The notes under the pieces are model-generated. The model did no database searches. It was not told where the DNA came from and saw nothing but the letters and a program-made list of their open reading frames with translations. From contig CM059431.1 of assembly GCA_030390025.1 (NCBI GenBank), forward strand, positions 145,764,001 to 145,828,000: a DNA stretch of 64,000 nt, in the 5' to 3' direction. The stretch comes from Squalus acanthias (Eukaryota). Numbering within the stretch: position 1 is the stretch's first letter; each line of letters begins with the position of its first letter. Position numbers and translations under genes: made by a program. Shown one piece after another: positions 62,296 to 64,000 of this stretch.

Positions 62296-62889
62296 CTGGA
62301 GCCTTTCTGGGTGTTGATCCCCAATGGAAGCCAGGAGGTCCTGTGGCCTATAGTCAGTCCCACAGTTGCAGACCTCTCAGGCACTTGTGTTTGCGCCCCA
62401 CCTCCCTGATGCAAAGCCCTGCATCAGAGGTGATGTAAATGTAGCATGCTGATAACCCAACAAATTCAGGCACCCTGAGGCATAGTCAGATGCAGTGTAC
62501 TTTGGGTGTGCTAGGCCTGGTCAAATGGCCTCGGTAACGGGGTGGGGGGTTGGGAAATTGAGGTATTTATTATTGTAGCGCCTTTATTATGTAGGGAAGC
62601 ACAGTCAGCAAATCATGAAAATATGCATACAGGGTTCTTTTTGGCAGCCAGGTATCTGATACATACCCACAGAAACACAGACGTCCACATACACACTCAC
62701 GTACACAAGCTCAGCACTGCACTTAAAAGTTTCCAAAAGCACTACTGAGAAACCCACACATGTAGAGTCTCTGTTGGCTTTATATGGAGTGCACACTCTC
62801 CCCCTGTAGGTGTTTCACCAACTAAAGTCATTTGTACGTTTACTAGATGATGAGATTGAGGGAGTTGTGAGAGATAGCGAGGGTTTTAA

Positions 62890-64000
62890 TGCAGGAGGAG
62901 ATTACAGAGATAGGGAGGGTTGTAGGGGCTGGAGGAGGTTACAGAGATATGGAGGGTTGTCGGGTCTGGAGGAGGTTACAGAGATAGGGAGGGTTGTAGG
63001 GTCTGGAGGAGGTTACAGAGATAGGGAGGGTTGTAGGGGCTGGAGGAGGTTACAGAGATAGGGAGGGTTGCAGGGCTGGAGGAGGTTACAGAGATAGGGA
63101 GGGTTGTAGGGCTGGAGAAGGTTACAGAGATAGGGAGGGTTGTAGGGCTGGAGAAGGTTACAGAGATAGGGAGGGTTGTAGGGGCTGGAGGAGGTTCCAG
63201 AGATAGGGAGGGTTGTAGGGCTGGAGTTGGTTACAGAGATAGGGAGGGTTGTAGGGCTGGAGGTGGTTACAGAGATAGGGAGGGTTGTAGGGGCTGGAGG
63301 ATGTTACAGAGATAGGGACGGTTGTAGGGCTGGAGTTGGTTACAGAGATAGGGAGGGTTGTAGGGCTGGAGGTGGTTACAGATATAGGAATGGTTGTAGG
63401 GCAGGAGGAGTTTACACAGATAGGGAGGGTTGTAGGGCTGGAGTTGGTTACAGAGATAGGGAGGGTTGTAGGGCAGGAGGAGGTTACAGGGATAGGGAGA
63501 GTTGTAGGGCAGGAGGAGGTTACAGAGTTAGGGAGGGTTGTAGGGGCTGGAGAAGGTTACAGAGATAGGGAGGGTTGTAGGGCTGGAGGAGGTTACAGAG
63601 ATAGGGAGGGTTGTAGGGCTGGAGGTGGTTACAGAGATAGGAAGGGTTGTAGGGCAGGAGGAGGTTACAGAGATAGGGAGGGTTGTAGGGCTGGCGTTGG
63701 TTACAGAGATAGGGAGGGTTGTAGGGCAGGAGGAGGTTACAGGGATAGGGAGGGTTGTAGGGCAGGAGGAGGTTACAGAGTTAGGGAGGGTTGTAGGGGC
63801 TGGAGAAGGTTACAGAGATAGGGAGGGTTGTAGGGCTGGAGGAGGTTACAGAGATAGGGAGGGTTGTAGGGGCTGGAGGAGTTTACAGAGATAGGGAGGG
63901 TTGTAAAGGCTGGAGGAGGTTACAGAGATAGGGAGGGTTTTAGGGCTGGAGTTGGTTACAGAGATAGGGAGGGTTGTAGGGCTGGATAAGGTTACAGAGA
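62890..64000 (-). repeat. 36/37-bp satellite in opposite orientation, running to the window end
   Basis: Reverse complement of the monomer at 12415-13589. Confidence 0.97.

Noticed and set aside
62810..63894. GGGYRDREGC / LEEVTEIGRVV repeat proteins (also 12943-13305 and 23333-23615)
   Set aside because: Translations of the 36/37-bp satellite

Overview
Eukaryotic DNA, probably from a cartilaginous fish (inferred from the repeat families). It is almost entirely repetitive and I find no confident host protein-coding gene. Contents: (1) the 5' half of a retrovirus-like LTR element on the minus strand (LTR, tRNA-Arg PBS, gag, protease, RT; 1-4.1 kb); (2) about 11 CR1 LINE copies, one apparently intact (ORF1 SGNH esterase plus ORF2 EN/RT, 55.4-60.8 kb); (3) a full-length but mutated Tx1-clade LINE (44.7-51.6 kb) sitting inside the promoter region of a CR1; (4) two Penelope fragments with hammerhead ribozyme motifs; (5) four non-autonomous PIF/Harbinger-like DNA elements, one nested in another; (6) a 190-bp solo LTR present in two units and absent from a third; (7) several minisatellite/satellite families; (8) a ~5.7-kb tandem duplication; (9) a 200-N gap. 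Most interesting: a UUUAAAC -1 slippery heptamer immediately before the ORF1 stop in all four CR1 ORF1/ORF2 junctions, suggesting programmed frameshifting to an ORF1-ORF2 fusion; the Tx1 element placed directly behind a duplicated 169-bp TATA/start module of a CR1; CR1 5' ends built from TATA monomers and mini-exons; and two satellites that appear to derive from LINE coding sequence. All calls come from reading the sequence by eye, and no searches were run.
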